This document shows positions 28,401 to 40,400 of a stretch of DNA of 64,000 nt, in pieces. Position numbers and translations under genes: made by a program. The stretch's first letter is position 1. Every line of letters begins with the position of its first letter. Below the pieces are notes generated by a model, which saw only the letters and a list, made by a program, of their open reading frames with translations, searched no databases and was not told the DNA's origin. Source of the DNA: Nannocystis pusilla (GTDB lineage Bacteria; Myxococcota_A; Polyangia; Nannocystales; Nannocystaceae); contig NZ_JAIRAU010000002.1 of NCBI RefSeq assembly GCF_020073745.1, positions 17,694 through 81,693 on the forward strand, written 5' to 3'.

Positions 28401-31400
28401 CCAGCCGGTTCGAGCGCTCGTCGAGCTCCCGGTAGGTCAGCTGCTGTTCGCCGAACACCAGCGCCACCGCAGCCGGCGTCCGCCTGGCCTGCTCCTCGAA
28501 CAGCTCGTGGATGCACCTCTCTGCGGGACAGGTCGCCGCCGTGTCGTTCCACGCCGCGAGCTCCGCCTGCTCCGCCTCCGTCAGGAGGTCGAGCTGCGAC
28601 AGGCGCCTGTCCGGGTGGAGCACCCCGTCCTGCACCAACACCTGCAGGTGCCTGCCGAGCCGCTCCACCGCGCCGGCGTCCACCCGGGTCGTATCGTAGG
28701 TCAGGGAGACCTCGGTCCCGTCCGCGTCATGCAGCACCCCGAGCGCCAGCGCCTGCTTCGCGGTCACCACGCCGGTGGGCACCGCGTCGAGGAGCGGTGA
28801 CCAGCCGGCCGCGGCGGGGGTCGTCGGCGGCGTCACCTCGAAGAAGGTCACGTCGAACAGCGGGTTCTCGCCGGCCTGCCGCGACAGCCCCTGATCCTGC
28901 ACGACGACGTCGAACGGCAGCGCCTGGTGCTCGTAGGTCTCCAGCGCCGTCCGCCGCGCCCGCGCGAGCAGCTCGGCGAAGGTCGGATCGCCCGAGAGGT
29001 CGGTCCGCAGCACCACCGTGTTCGTGAAGAATCCCAGCAGGTCGGCCGTGCCCGGCACCTCGCGGTTCGCCACCACGGCGCCGATCCCGAAGTCCGTCTG
29101 GCCGCTGTAGCGGGACAGCACCGCCGTGAGGGCGGCATACCAGGCCATGAAGGGCGTGCAGCCGTGGGCTCGCGCGAGCGCCTGCAGCCCGCGGCTCGCC
29201 TCCAGCGAGACGCGCAGCGCGACGCTCGCTTCGACGCCGGGGCCGCGCGCCGGAGCGGCGCGAACGATGGGGAGCTCCAGCCGGGGCACGCTCGCGAGCT
29301 TGTCCTTCCAGTAGGCCCGCGACGCCGCGAAGCCGCCGGTCGTGAGCGCCTCCTGCTCGGCGCGGGCGTGGTCGGCGAACTGGTAGGAGAGCGCCGGCAA
29401 CGCTGCCGCTTCGCCGCGACAGCACGCCTCGTACAGCCGCGAGAGCTCGGAGAGCAGCACGCCGCTCGACCACTCGTCGGTGATGATGTGGTGCTGGAGG
29501 ACGAGCACGACATGGCGCTCGGCCTCCAGGCTCACGACCAGCACGCGCGTCAGCGGTCCGGTCGCGAGATCGAAGCGGGCCGCGATTTCGGCCTCAAGGT
29601 GGGCGCGCAAGGCGGCTTCCCGCACCGCCTCGGACAGCGTCGAGACGTCCTCCACGCGCATCGGGATCGAAGCGCCGTCCGCCACCGTTCGCGTCAGCAC
29701 GCCGTCGACCTCGGGATAGGTGGTGCGCAGGATCTCCTGCCGCTCCGCGAGCTGCTTCACGCTCTCGCGCAGCGCCGGCTCCGAGAGCGCGCCGCGGACG
29801 ACGAACACGTGCGGGACCTGGTACGACCGCGCCTCGGGCGCGAGCTTGTCGACGAACCAGATCCGCCGCTCGGTCCCGGAGAGGCCGGCGTACGCCGGCT
29901 CGGCCGCGCCGCGCGGGGAGGGAGCGAGCGCGGGGCCCGGTCGCGTCTCGATCCCGACGAGCAACGCCGCCAGGGCCGCGATCGTCGGCCGCTGCAGCAA
30001 TGTGGCGAGAGTCAGCCCGAGCCCGAGCCTCGTCTTCACCGCAGACGCGACACGCACCGCCAGGAGCGAGTGGCCGCCGAGCGCGAAGAAGTCGTCGTCG
30101 ATGCCGATGGGCCGCACGTCGAGCAGCTCTTCCCAGATCGCCACGAGGGCGCGCTCGACCTCGGTCCGCGGCGCCGTGAATGTCTCGTCCGCGCCGCGGG
30201 TCGCCTCGGGGGAGGGCAAAGCCTTGCGATCGACCTTGCCGTTGGCGGAGAGCGGCAGCGCGTCGAGGAAGACGAACGCCGACGGGAGCATGTGGTCGGG
30301 CAGGTCGCTTCGCAGGTGCTCGCGCAGCACGGCCGCCGCGAGCGCGCTGTCCTTCGCCACCACGTAGGCGACGAGGCGGCTGTTCCCGGGGGTATCCTGT
30401 CGCGCGACGACGACGCAGGACGCCACCGCGGCGTGTGACGAGAGGGCGGCCTCGACCTCGCCGAGCTCGACACGGAAGCCGCGGATCTTGACCTGATGAT
30501 CGACGCGCCCGAGGAACTCGAGCTCACCGTCCTCGTTCCAGCGGGCGAGGTCGCCGGTGCAATACATGCGGGCGCCGGGCTCGTTCGAGAACGGATCGGG
30601 CACGAACCGCTCGGCCGTCATGGCGGGGCGACGGAGATAGCCGCGGGCCAGGCCGACGCCGGCGAGGTGGATCTCACCGGGCATGCCGATCGGGACCTGC
30701 CGCTTCGCGGCGTCGAGCAGGTAGAGGCGAACGCCGTGCACGGGCCGGCCGATCGAGAACCTCTGCGGGCGCGAGGGATCGAACCAGGCCTGCGCGGCGA
30801 AGATGCTGCACTCGGTGGGGCCGTAGGAATTGAGGACCTGGCGGCCCTCGGCCCATTGAGCGACGAGCGCGGGCGGCGTGCGGTCGCCGGCGAGGGTGAT
30901 GTGGCGCAGGGCGGGCGCGCGGCAGCGGAGCACGCGCAACATCGCGGGCGGGATGAAGGAGAAGGTGATGGCGCGGTGTTCGAGGCACTCGGCGATGCCC
31001 TCGACGGCGTCGTAGGCGTTGCTGGGCAACACGCAGGTGGCGCCGTTGCACAGCGAGAGCATCCAGTCGACGATGGCGCCGTCGAAGGCGATGGCGGCGC
31101 TGAAGAGGATGCGATCGCCGGGATGGACGACGATGTGCCGGCGCTGGAAGGCGACGCGGGCGGCGAGCCCGCGATGCTCGTTGATCACGGGCTTGGGCTT
31201 GCCGGTCGAGCCCGAGGTGAACACGACGTAGTTCGCGTGCTCGCGGGTCACGCCGCTCGCGGGCGGGGTGATGGGTTGTGAAGCCCACTGCGCTGCATCG
31301 ACGTCGAGCCGCACCACCGTCACGCCCGGGGCCGAGAGCCGGACGTCCGCGTGCGTCAGCAGCACCGGCGCCTCGGCCTCGGCCAGCAGCAGCGAGAGCC

Positions 31401-34400
31401 TGTCCGGCGGATACGACGGGTCGAGCGGCACGAACGCGCCGCCCGCCTTCAAGCTCGCAACCAGACCCACCACCATGTCGAAGGACCGCTCGACACAGAG
31501 GGCCACGCGCACCTCGGGCCCGACGCCGAGCGAGCGCAGGTGGTGCGCGAGCCGGTTGGCCTGCGCCTCGAATTCGCCGTAGCTCAACTGCCGCCCGTCC
31601 TGCTCGAGCGCGACGGCCTGCGGTGCCCTGACCGCCTGCTCGGCGATAAGCTCGTGAATGCAGCGGGCGGCAGGATCGATCGGCGGCGTGTCGTTCCACG
31701 CCGCGAGCTTCTCGGTCTCCTCGTCGGTCAGCAGCTCCAGCTGCGACACCCGCCTGTCCGGGTGCGCCGCCGCGTCGGTCACCAGAGTCCGCAGGTGCCC
31801 GCACAACCGCTCGGCCGCCGTTCGCGACACGCGCGTCGTGTCGTACAGGACCTCGACGACGGTCCCCTCGGCCGTGTGCTGCACGGACACGGCCAGCGCG
31901 TTCTTGGCGGTCGCCAGGCCCTGGGGCACACCGCCGAGGAGCGGCGACCAGCCGACCGCGGCGTCGCTCGCCGGCGGCGTCACCTCGAAGAAGGTCACGT
32001 CGAACAGCGGATTCTCGCCGGCCTGCCGCGCCAGCCCCTGATCCTGCACGACGACGTCGAACGGCAGCGCCTGGTGCTCGTAGGCATCGAGGGCAGTCCG
32101 CCGCGCCCGCGCGAGCAGCTCGCCGAACGTCGGGTCGCCCGAGAGGTCGGTCCGCAGCACCACCGTGTTCGTGAAGAACCCCAGCAGGTCGGCCGTGCCC
32201 GGCGCCTCGCGGTTCGCAATCACCGCGCCGAGCCCGAAGTCCGACTGGCCGCTGTAGCGCGACAGCACCGCCGCGAGGGCGGCATACCAGGCCATGAAGG
32301 GCGTGCATCCGTGGTCGCGCGCGAGCGCTTGCAACCCGCGGCTCGCCGCCAGCGGGACGCCGAGCGCGACGCTCGCCTCGGGGCCGCGCCCGGGGGTGGT
32401 GCGAACGATGGGCAGCTCCAGCCGCGGGACGCCTGCCAGCCTGTCCTTCCAGTGGGCCCGCGACGCCGCGAAGCCGCCGGTCGTGAGGGCTTCCTGCTCC
32501 GCCCGGGCATGGTCGGCGAACTGGTAGGAGAGCGCCGGCAACGCTGCCGTCTCGCCGCGGCAGCACGCCTCGTACAGCCGCGAGAGCTCGGAGAGCAGCA
32601 CGCCGCTGGACCACTCGTCGGTGATGATGTGGTGCTGGAGGACGAGCACGACATGGCGCTCGGCCTCCAGGCTCACGACCAGCACGCGCGTCAGCGGTCC
32701 GGTCGCGAGATCGAAGGGGACCGCGATTTCGGCCTCCAGGTGGGCGCGCAACGCCAATTCTCGCGCCGCTTCGGACAGCGCCGAGACGTCCTCCAGGCGC
32801 AGCGGGATCGACACGCTGTCCGCCACCATTCGCGTCGGCACGCCGTCGACCTCGGGATAGGTGGTGCGCAGGATCTCCTGCCGCTCCGCGAGCCGCTTCA
32901 CGCTCTGGCGCAGCGCCGGCTCCGAGAGCGCGCCGCGGACGACGAACACGTGCGGGACCTGGTACGACCGCGCCTCGGGCGCGAGCTTGTCGACGAACCA
33001 GATCCGCCGCTCGGTCCCCGAGAGGCCGGCGTACGCGGGCTCGGCCACGCCGCGCGGGGAGGGTGAGAGCGCGGCCCCGGGCGTCGGTCGCGTCGCTATC
33101 CCGTCGAGCAACGCCGCCAGGGCCGCGACCGTCGGTCGCTGCAGCAATGTGGCCAGAGTCAGCCCGAGCCCGAGCCTCGCCTTCACCGCCGATACGACGC
33201 GCACCGCCAGGAGCGAGTGGCCGCCGAGCGCGAAGAAGTCGTCGTCTACGCCGATGGGGCGGACGTCGAGCAGCTCTTCCCAGATGGCCACGAGGGCGCG
33301 CTCGACGTCGGTCCGCGGGGCCACGTAGGTCTCTGCCGCGCCGCGGGTCGTGTCGGGGGAGGGCAGGACCTTGCGATCGACCTTGCCGTTGGGGTTCAGC
33401 GGCAGCGCGTCGAGGCAGACGAACGCAGAGGGGACCATGTACTCCGGCACCCTCGCGCCGAGCCACTCCCGCAGCGCGCTCGCCGTGGCGTCGTCGCCGA
33501 CCACGTAAGCCACGAGCCGCTTGTCGCCGGTAGCATCCTCGCGAGCCACGACGACGCAGTCGCGCACCGACGGGTGGGCCGCGAGTGCGGCCTCGATCTC
33601 GCCGAGCTCGATGCGGAAGCCGCGGATCTTGACCTGGTGGTCGATGCGGCCGAGGAACTCGAGCGCACCGTCGCCGCGGAAGCGCGCGAGGTCGCCGGTG
33701 CGATACATGCGTGCGCCGGCCTCGAGTGCGAACGGATCGGGGACGAATCGCTCCGCGGTCAGCCCGGGGCGGCTCAGATAGCCGCGTGCGAGCTGCACGC
33801 CCGACAGATACAGCTCGCCTGCGACTCCGACGGGGACAGGGCGAAATGCAGCGTCGAGCACGTAGGTGCGCGTGTTGTCGATCGGGCGCCCGATGGGCAC
33901 CGGCCCTGTCTCGTCGGGCCGGCAGGCGTGGCTCGTCACGTCGATGGCGGCTTCGGTCGGGCCGTAGAGGTTGTGGAGCTCGCCGCGGCTGGCCGCATAC
34001 CAGGCCTCGCGCAAGTGCCCGGGCAACGCCTCGCCGCTGGCGAAGACGTGGCGGAGCGACGCGCGCTCCCGGGGCTCGGTCGCCGCCAGGAACACGCCGA
34101 GCATGGACGGTACGAAGTGCGCCACGGTGACGCCGGTGGCCGCGATGAGGGCCGCGAGGTAGCGGGGATCCTTGTGCCCCTCGGGCGCGGCGATCACCAT
34201 GCGGGCGCCCTCGAGCAGAGGCCACCACAGCTCCCAGCCCGAGACGTCGAACGACAGCGGCGTCTTCTGCAAGACGGCGTCGCTCGCGTTCAAGCCGTAG
34301 GCCCGCTGCATCCAGCGGAGGCGGTTGTAGAGCCCGCGATGGGTGTTGAGGACGCCCTTGGGCCGGCCTGTCGAGCCCGACGTGTAGATGACGTAGATCG

Positions 34401-37400
34401 CGTGATCCGGCCCGACGTGGACGACAGGGGACGTGCGCGGCTGGTGCTGCCAGGTGGGCGCATCGAGCTGCACGACCACCACCTCGTGCGCCGGGAGGCT
34501 GTCACGCAGGCGCGACTGCGTGAGCAGCACGGCGGGTCGCGCGTCCTCCAGCATGAAGGCCAGCCGTTCGCGCGGATAGCTCGGGTCGAGCGGCACGTAG
34601 GCCCCGCCCGCCTTCAGGATCGCCAGCAGCCCGACGAGCATCTCGAGGGACCGCTCGACGCACAGCCCGACCAGCACCTCCGGCCCCACGCCCAGCCCGC
34701 GGAGGTGATGGGCCAGCTGGTTCGAGCGCTCGTCGAGCTCGCGGTACGTCAGCCGCTCTTCGCCGAACACCAGCGCCACGGCGTCCGGTGTCCGCGCGGC
34801 CTGGTCCGCGAACAGCTCGTGGACGCACCTCGCCGGGGGATACGCCACCGCGGTGTCGTTCCACGCCGCCAGCTTCGCGTGCTCCGCCTCCGTCAGGAGG
34901 CCGAGCTCCGCCAGGCGTCTGTCCGGATGCGCGACCATGTCGAGGAGCACGGTCCGCAGGTGTCCCCAGAGCCGCTCGATGTCTTCGCCGCGAAGCGCTG
35001 CGGGTGCCCACATCCAGCGCAGGTCGAGGGTCGTCCCGGCAGCCACCGTGATGGCGAGCGGGTAGCTCGTCTGCTCGAACGCCGAGAAATCCTCGATCGG
35101 CAGGACCTCGGCCTGCTGCGCCGCTTCGTCCACCGGGTAGTTCTCGAAGATGAGGAGCGTGTCGAACAGCGCGCGACCGCCACCCACCGCGCTCGCGCGC
35201 TGCACCTCGTACAGCGGGGTCGCCTCGTGGACGCGCAGCTCGACCTGCTCGGCTTGCAGCCGCTGCAGCCATTCGACCACGCCCTCCGAACCGGACCACC
35301 GGGCCCGCAGCGGCAGCGTGTTGATGAACAGGCCCACCATCCGCTCGATGCCGCGGATCGGCGCGCTGCGACCTGCCGTCGTCATGCCGAAGACGACATC
35401 CGTCCGCCCCGTGATACGGCCGAGCAGCTGCGCGAGCGCTCCTTGCACCACCGTGTTCAAGGTCAGCCCGCGCCGCCGGGCGAAGGCCGTGACCACCTCG
35501 GTCTCGGCCGCGGTCAGCGAGGTGTCACGCTGCGCGTGCTCCCGCGTCGCCTCCGCGGGCGGCGGGAACGGCAGCCGCGTCGGTTCCTCGACGCCGGCCA
35601 GGTACTCGGCGAAGAACGCCGACGAGGCCGTGTGGTCTCGCGTCGCTAGCCAGGCGATGTACCGCTCGTAGGCCACCGGCTCCGGCAGCGCGAGCGGCCG
35701 CCCGCCGTGGTGCGCAGCATAGGCGGCCTGCAGCTCTCCGAGCACCACCGGCATCGACCAGCCGTCGGCCAGGATGTGATGCGTCGTCTTCAGCATCCAC
35801 GTCCGGCCCCCGGGCATGCGCACGAGCACGACCCGCGCCAGCGGGGCCCGCCCGAAATCGAAGCCGGCCGCCCGTTCCTCGCGCCGCAGGGCCTCCCACC
35901 GCGTCTCCGCCTCGACCGCGTCCAGCGACGACCAGTCGTACGTCGGCATCGCGAAGGCGACGCTCTTCCGCACCACCTGCAGCGGCTCCGGGACGCCCTG
36001 CCACACGAAAGACGTCCGATACACCGCATGGCGCGCGAGCACCGTCTTCCACGCGCACTCGAGCGCCGCGGCGTCCACGTCGCCTCCCAGTTGCAGCGCG
36101 AGCTGGACGGTGTAGGTCGGCGACTCCGGCTCGTTCAGGGCGTGGAACAACAGCCCCGCCTGCAGCGGTGAGAGCGGGTAGACGCTCTCGACGTCGCGCG
36201 TGGTCTCGAACAGCCCGTCCAGGGCCTGCTGCCCGAGCCGCGCGAGCGGGAAGTCCGAGGGCGTGTAGCCAAACGCCTCGTTCGCCGCGCAGTGAGCGAT
36301 GAGTCGCCGCAGCGCGGCGACGAACCGCGCTGCGAGCCGCTCCACCGTCGCGCGGTCGTGGGTCGCCGAGCTGTACGTCCATGCGAACCGCAGCCGTCCT
36401 TGCCACACGCCGCCGTTCACCGCCAGCGCGTGCCACAGCTCCATCCGCGAGCTCGTGGTACTCCCCGTCGACTCCGCCGCCGGTCCGAGCATCCCCCGAC
36501 CTTGCGCCTCCATGTCGAACTGCCCGAGGTAATTGAACACCACCGGCGGATCCACCGAGAGCGCGGCGCGCACCGCCTCGTCCGCGTGCGCGTACCGCAG
36601 CCAGCCGTATCCGAAGCCCCGGTTCGGCACCGCCCGCAGCTGTTCCTTGACCCCCTTCAGCAGCGCCGCAGGATCGTCGGCCTCCGGGACCGTCAGCCAC
36701 ACCGGAAACATCGACGTGAACCACCCGACCGTGCGGGACACATCGACGTCCTCGAGCGGCGCTTCGCGTCCATGTCCCTCGAGGGTGACGCACACCGTGT
36801 CCGTCTTGCAGAACGCGCTCAGCGCCGCTGCGAGCGCCGAGAGCAAGACATCATTGATCTCGGTGCGGTAGGCCGCGCTCACGTCGTGCAGGAGGGCCCG
36901 GGTCTCGGCCTCGGACAGCTCCACGTCCACCGTGCGACCGTCTCCGACCGTGCCGAGCGCCGCCTCGTGGTCCAGCGGCAGCGGCGTGATGCCCCGCGCA
37001 CACTGAGCTCGCCAGAAGCCGAGCTCCTGGGACAGGCCGCGGGCCGCGACGAATGCGTGGAGCCGCTCCGACCACTGCCGGAACGAGGTCGTCTTGGCCG
37101 CGAGCTCCGGCGTCCGTCCGGTCAGCAGGGCCTCGCAGGCGCGCTCGAGGTCCTCGTGCAAGATCCGCCACGACACGCCGTCGACCACGAGGTGATGCAC
37201 GACGAGCAGCAGCCGCGTGCCCTCCTCGCCCAGATCCAGCCACGCCGCGCGGGCCACGGGGCCCGCGGACAGCGACAGGCCGCTCTGCAGAGCGTCCGCC
37301 GACGCCTCCACGGCCGCCCTGCGCGCGCGCGGCGGCACCGCCGAGAGGTCCACGCGCTCGAGCGGCAGCGCGACCTCTTCCGCGTGGCTCTGCACCCACC

Positions 37401-40400
37401 CGGACTCCGCGTGGTGATACCGCAACCGCAGCGCGTCGTGCTGCCGCAATACGACCTTCAGCGCCTCGGTCACGATCCCGGGCGACAGCCCGGGCGACGG
37501 CGTCCACATGCAGGCCTGATTGAAGTGGTGCGCCTCTTCGGGGGTCTTGCCCAGGAACCACTGCTGGCTCGGCGTCAGCGAGGCCGCGCCGGTCACCGCC
37601 TGTTCGGCCACGGCTGCGCTCGATCTGCGCGCCACCTGCACCAGCTCCGCGACCGTCTGGTGCATGAACATGTCGCGCACCGTCACGTGCAAGCCGGCTC
37701 GCTTGGCCCGACCCACCACCTGGATCGCCAGGATCGAATCTCCGCCCAGCGAGAAGAAGTTGTCGTGGATCCCGACGGACGGGGCGCGCAGCACCTCCGA
37801 CCACACCTCCGCGAGCGCTCGCTCCGCTTCCGTGCGCGGCGCGACGTGGGCCGTCTCCCCGGCCTGCCGGGTGTCTTTTGGAGCAGGCAGGGCCTTGCGA
37901 TCGACCTTGCCGTTGGCGGAGAGCGGCAGCGCGTCCAGGAAGACGAACGCCGACGGGAGCATGTAATCGGGCAGGTTGTTTCGCAGGTGCTCGCGGAGCG
38001 AGCCCACCGCGAGCGCGCTGTCCTTCGCCACCACGTAGGCGACGAGGCGGCTGTTCCCGGGGGTATCCTGTCGCGCGACGACGACGCAGGACGCCACCGC
38101 GGCGTGGGACGAGAGGGCGGCCTCGACCTCGCCGAGCTCGACACGGAAGCCGCGGATCTTGACCTGATGATCGACGCGCCCGAGGAACTCGAGCTCACCG
38201 TCCTCGTTCCAGCGGGCGAGGTCGCCGGTGCAATACATGCGGGCGCCGGGCTCGTTCGAGAACGGATCGGGCACGAACCGCTCGGCCGTCATGGCAGGGC
38301 GATTCAGATAGCCGCGGGCCAGGCCGACGCCCGCGAGGTGGATCTCACCGGGCATGCCGAGCGGGACCTGCCGCTTCGCGGCGTCGAGCAGGTAGAGGCG
38401 AACGCCGTGGACGGGCCGGCCGATGGAGAACCTCTCCGGGCGCGAGGGATCGAACCAGGCCTGCGCGGCGAAGATGCTGAACTCGGTGGGGCCGTAGGAA
38501 TTGAGGACCTGGCGGCCCTCGGCCCATTGAGCGACGAGCGCGGGCGGCGTGCTGTCGCCGGCGAGGGTGATGTGGCGCAGGGCGGGCGCGCGGCAGCGGA
38601 GCACGCGCAACATCGCGGGCGGGATGAAGGAGAAGGTGATGGCGCGGTGTTCGAGGCACTCGGCGATGCCCTCGACGGCGTCGTAGGCGTTGCTGGGCAG
38701 AACGCAGGTGGCGCCGTTGCACAGCGAGATCACCCAGTCGACGATGGCGCCGTCGAAGGCGATGGCGGCGCTGAAGAGGATGCGATCGCCGGGATGGACG
38801 ACGATGTGCCGGCGCTGGAAGGCGACGCGGGCGGCGAGCCCGCGATGCTCGTTGATCACGGGCTTGGGCTTGCCGGTCGAGCCCGAGGTGAACACGACGT
38901 AGTTCGCGTGCTCGAGGGTCACGCCGCTCGCGGGCGGGGTGATGGGTCGTGAAGCCCACTGCGCTGCATCGACGTCGAGCCGCACCACCGTCACGCCCGG
39001 GGCCGAGAGCCGACCCTCGATGTCCGCGTGCGTCAGCAGCACCGGCGCCTCGGCCTCGGCCAGCAGCAGCGAGAGCCTGTCCGGCGGATACGACGGGTCG
39101 AGCGGCACGAACGCGCCGCCCGCCTTCAAGATCGCAACCAGACCCACCACCATGTCGAAGGACCGCTCGACACAGAGGGCCACGCGCACCTCGGGCCCGA
39201 CGCCGAGCGAGCGCAGGTGGTGCGCGAGCCGGTTGGCTTGCGCCTCGAATTCGCCGTAGCTCAGCGACAGCCCGTCCTGCTCGAGCGCGACGGCCTGCGG
39301 TGCCCTGACCGCCTGCTCGGCGATCAGCTCGTGAATGCACCGGGCGGCAGGATCGATCGGCGGCGTGTCGTTCCACGCCGCGAGCTTCTCGGTCTCCTCG
39401 TCGGTGAGCAGCTCCAGCTGCGACACCCGCCTGTCCGGGTGCGCCGCCGCGTCGGTCACCAGAGTCTTCAGGTGCCCGCACAGCCGCGCCGCTGCGGTTC
39501 GCGACACGCGCGTCGTGTCGTACAGGACCTCCACGACGGTCCCCTCGACCGTGTGCTGCACGGTCACGGCCAGCGCGTTCTTGGCGGTCATCACGCCTTG
39601 CGGCACCGCGCCGAGCCGCGGTGACCAGCCGGCCGCTGCCGCGGGCGGCGTCACCTCGAAGAAGGTCACGTCGAACAGCGGATTCTCGCCGGCCTGCCGC
39701 GACAGCCCCTGATCCTGCACGACGACGTCGAACGGCAGCGCCTGATGCTCATAAGCATCGAGGGCAGTCCGCCGCGCCCGCGCGAGCAGCTCGCCGAACG
39801 TCGGATCGCCCGAGAGGTCGGTCCGCAGCACCACCGTGTTCGTGAAGAACCCCAGCATCGCCTCGGTCCCGACGAGCTGGCGATTTGCCACCACCGCGCC
39901 GAGCCCGAAGTCCTGCTGGCCGCTGTAGCGCGACAGCACCGCCGTGAGGGCGGCATACCAGGCCATGAAAGGGGTCGCGGCATGTTCGTGCGCGAGCGCC
40001 TGCAGCTGGCGGCTCGTCTCCGGCGGTAGCCGGAGCGAGACCTGTCCTTCGAGCCCCGAGACCGCTCCCGAAGCGGGAGCGACGATCGAGAGGTCGAGCC
40101 GCGGTACGTCGGAGAGGGCCTCCTTCCAGTAGGCCCGAGATGCCGCGAGCCCGTCGCCCGCGAGCGCCGTCCCCTCTGCGCGCGCATAGTCCGAGTACTG
40201 ACAGGCGAGGGCAGGCAGAGCGAGCGTCTCCCCGCGGCGCGACGCTTCGTACAGGGACGAGAGCTCCGCGAGCAGCAGCCCCCAGGACCACTCGTCCGTG
40301 ATGATGTGGTGCTGATGCACGACGACGACGTGCCGGTCCGCAGCCGTCTTGACGGCCAGGACACGGGTCAGCGGCCCACGCTCCAGGTCGAAGCGGTCCT

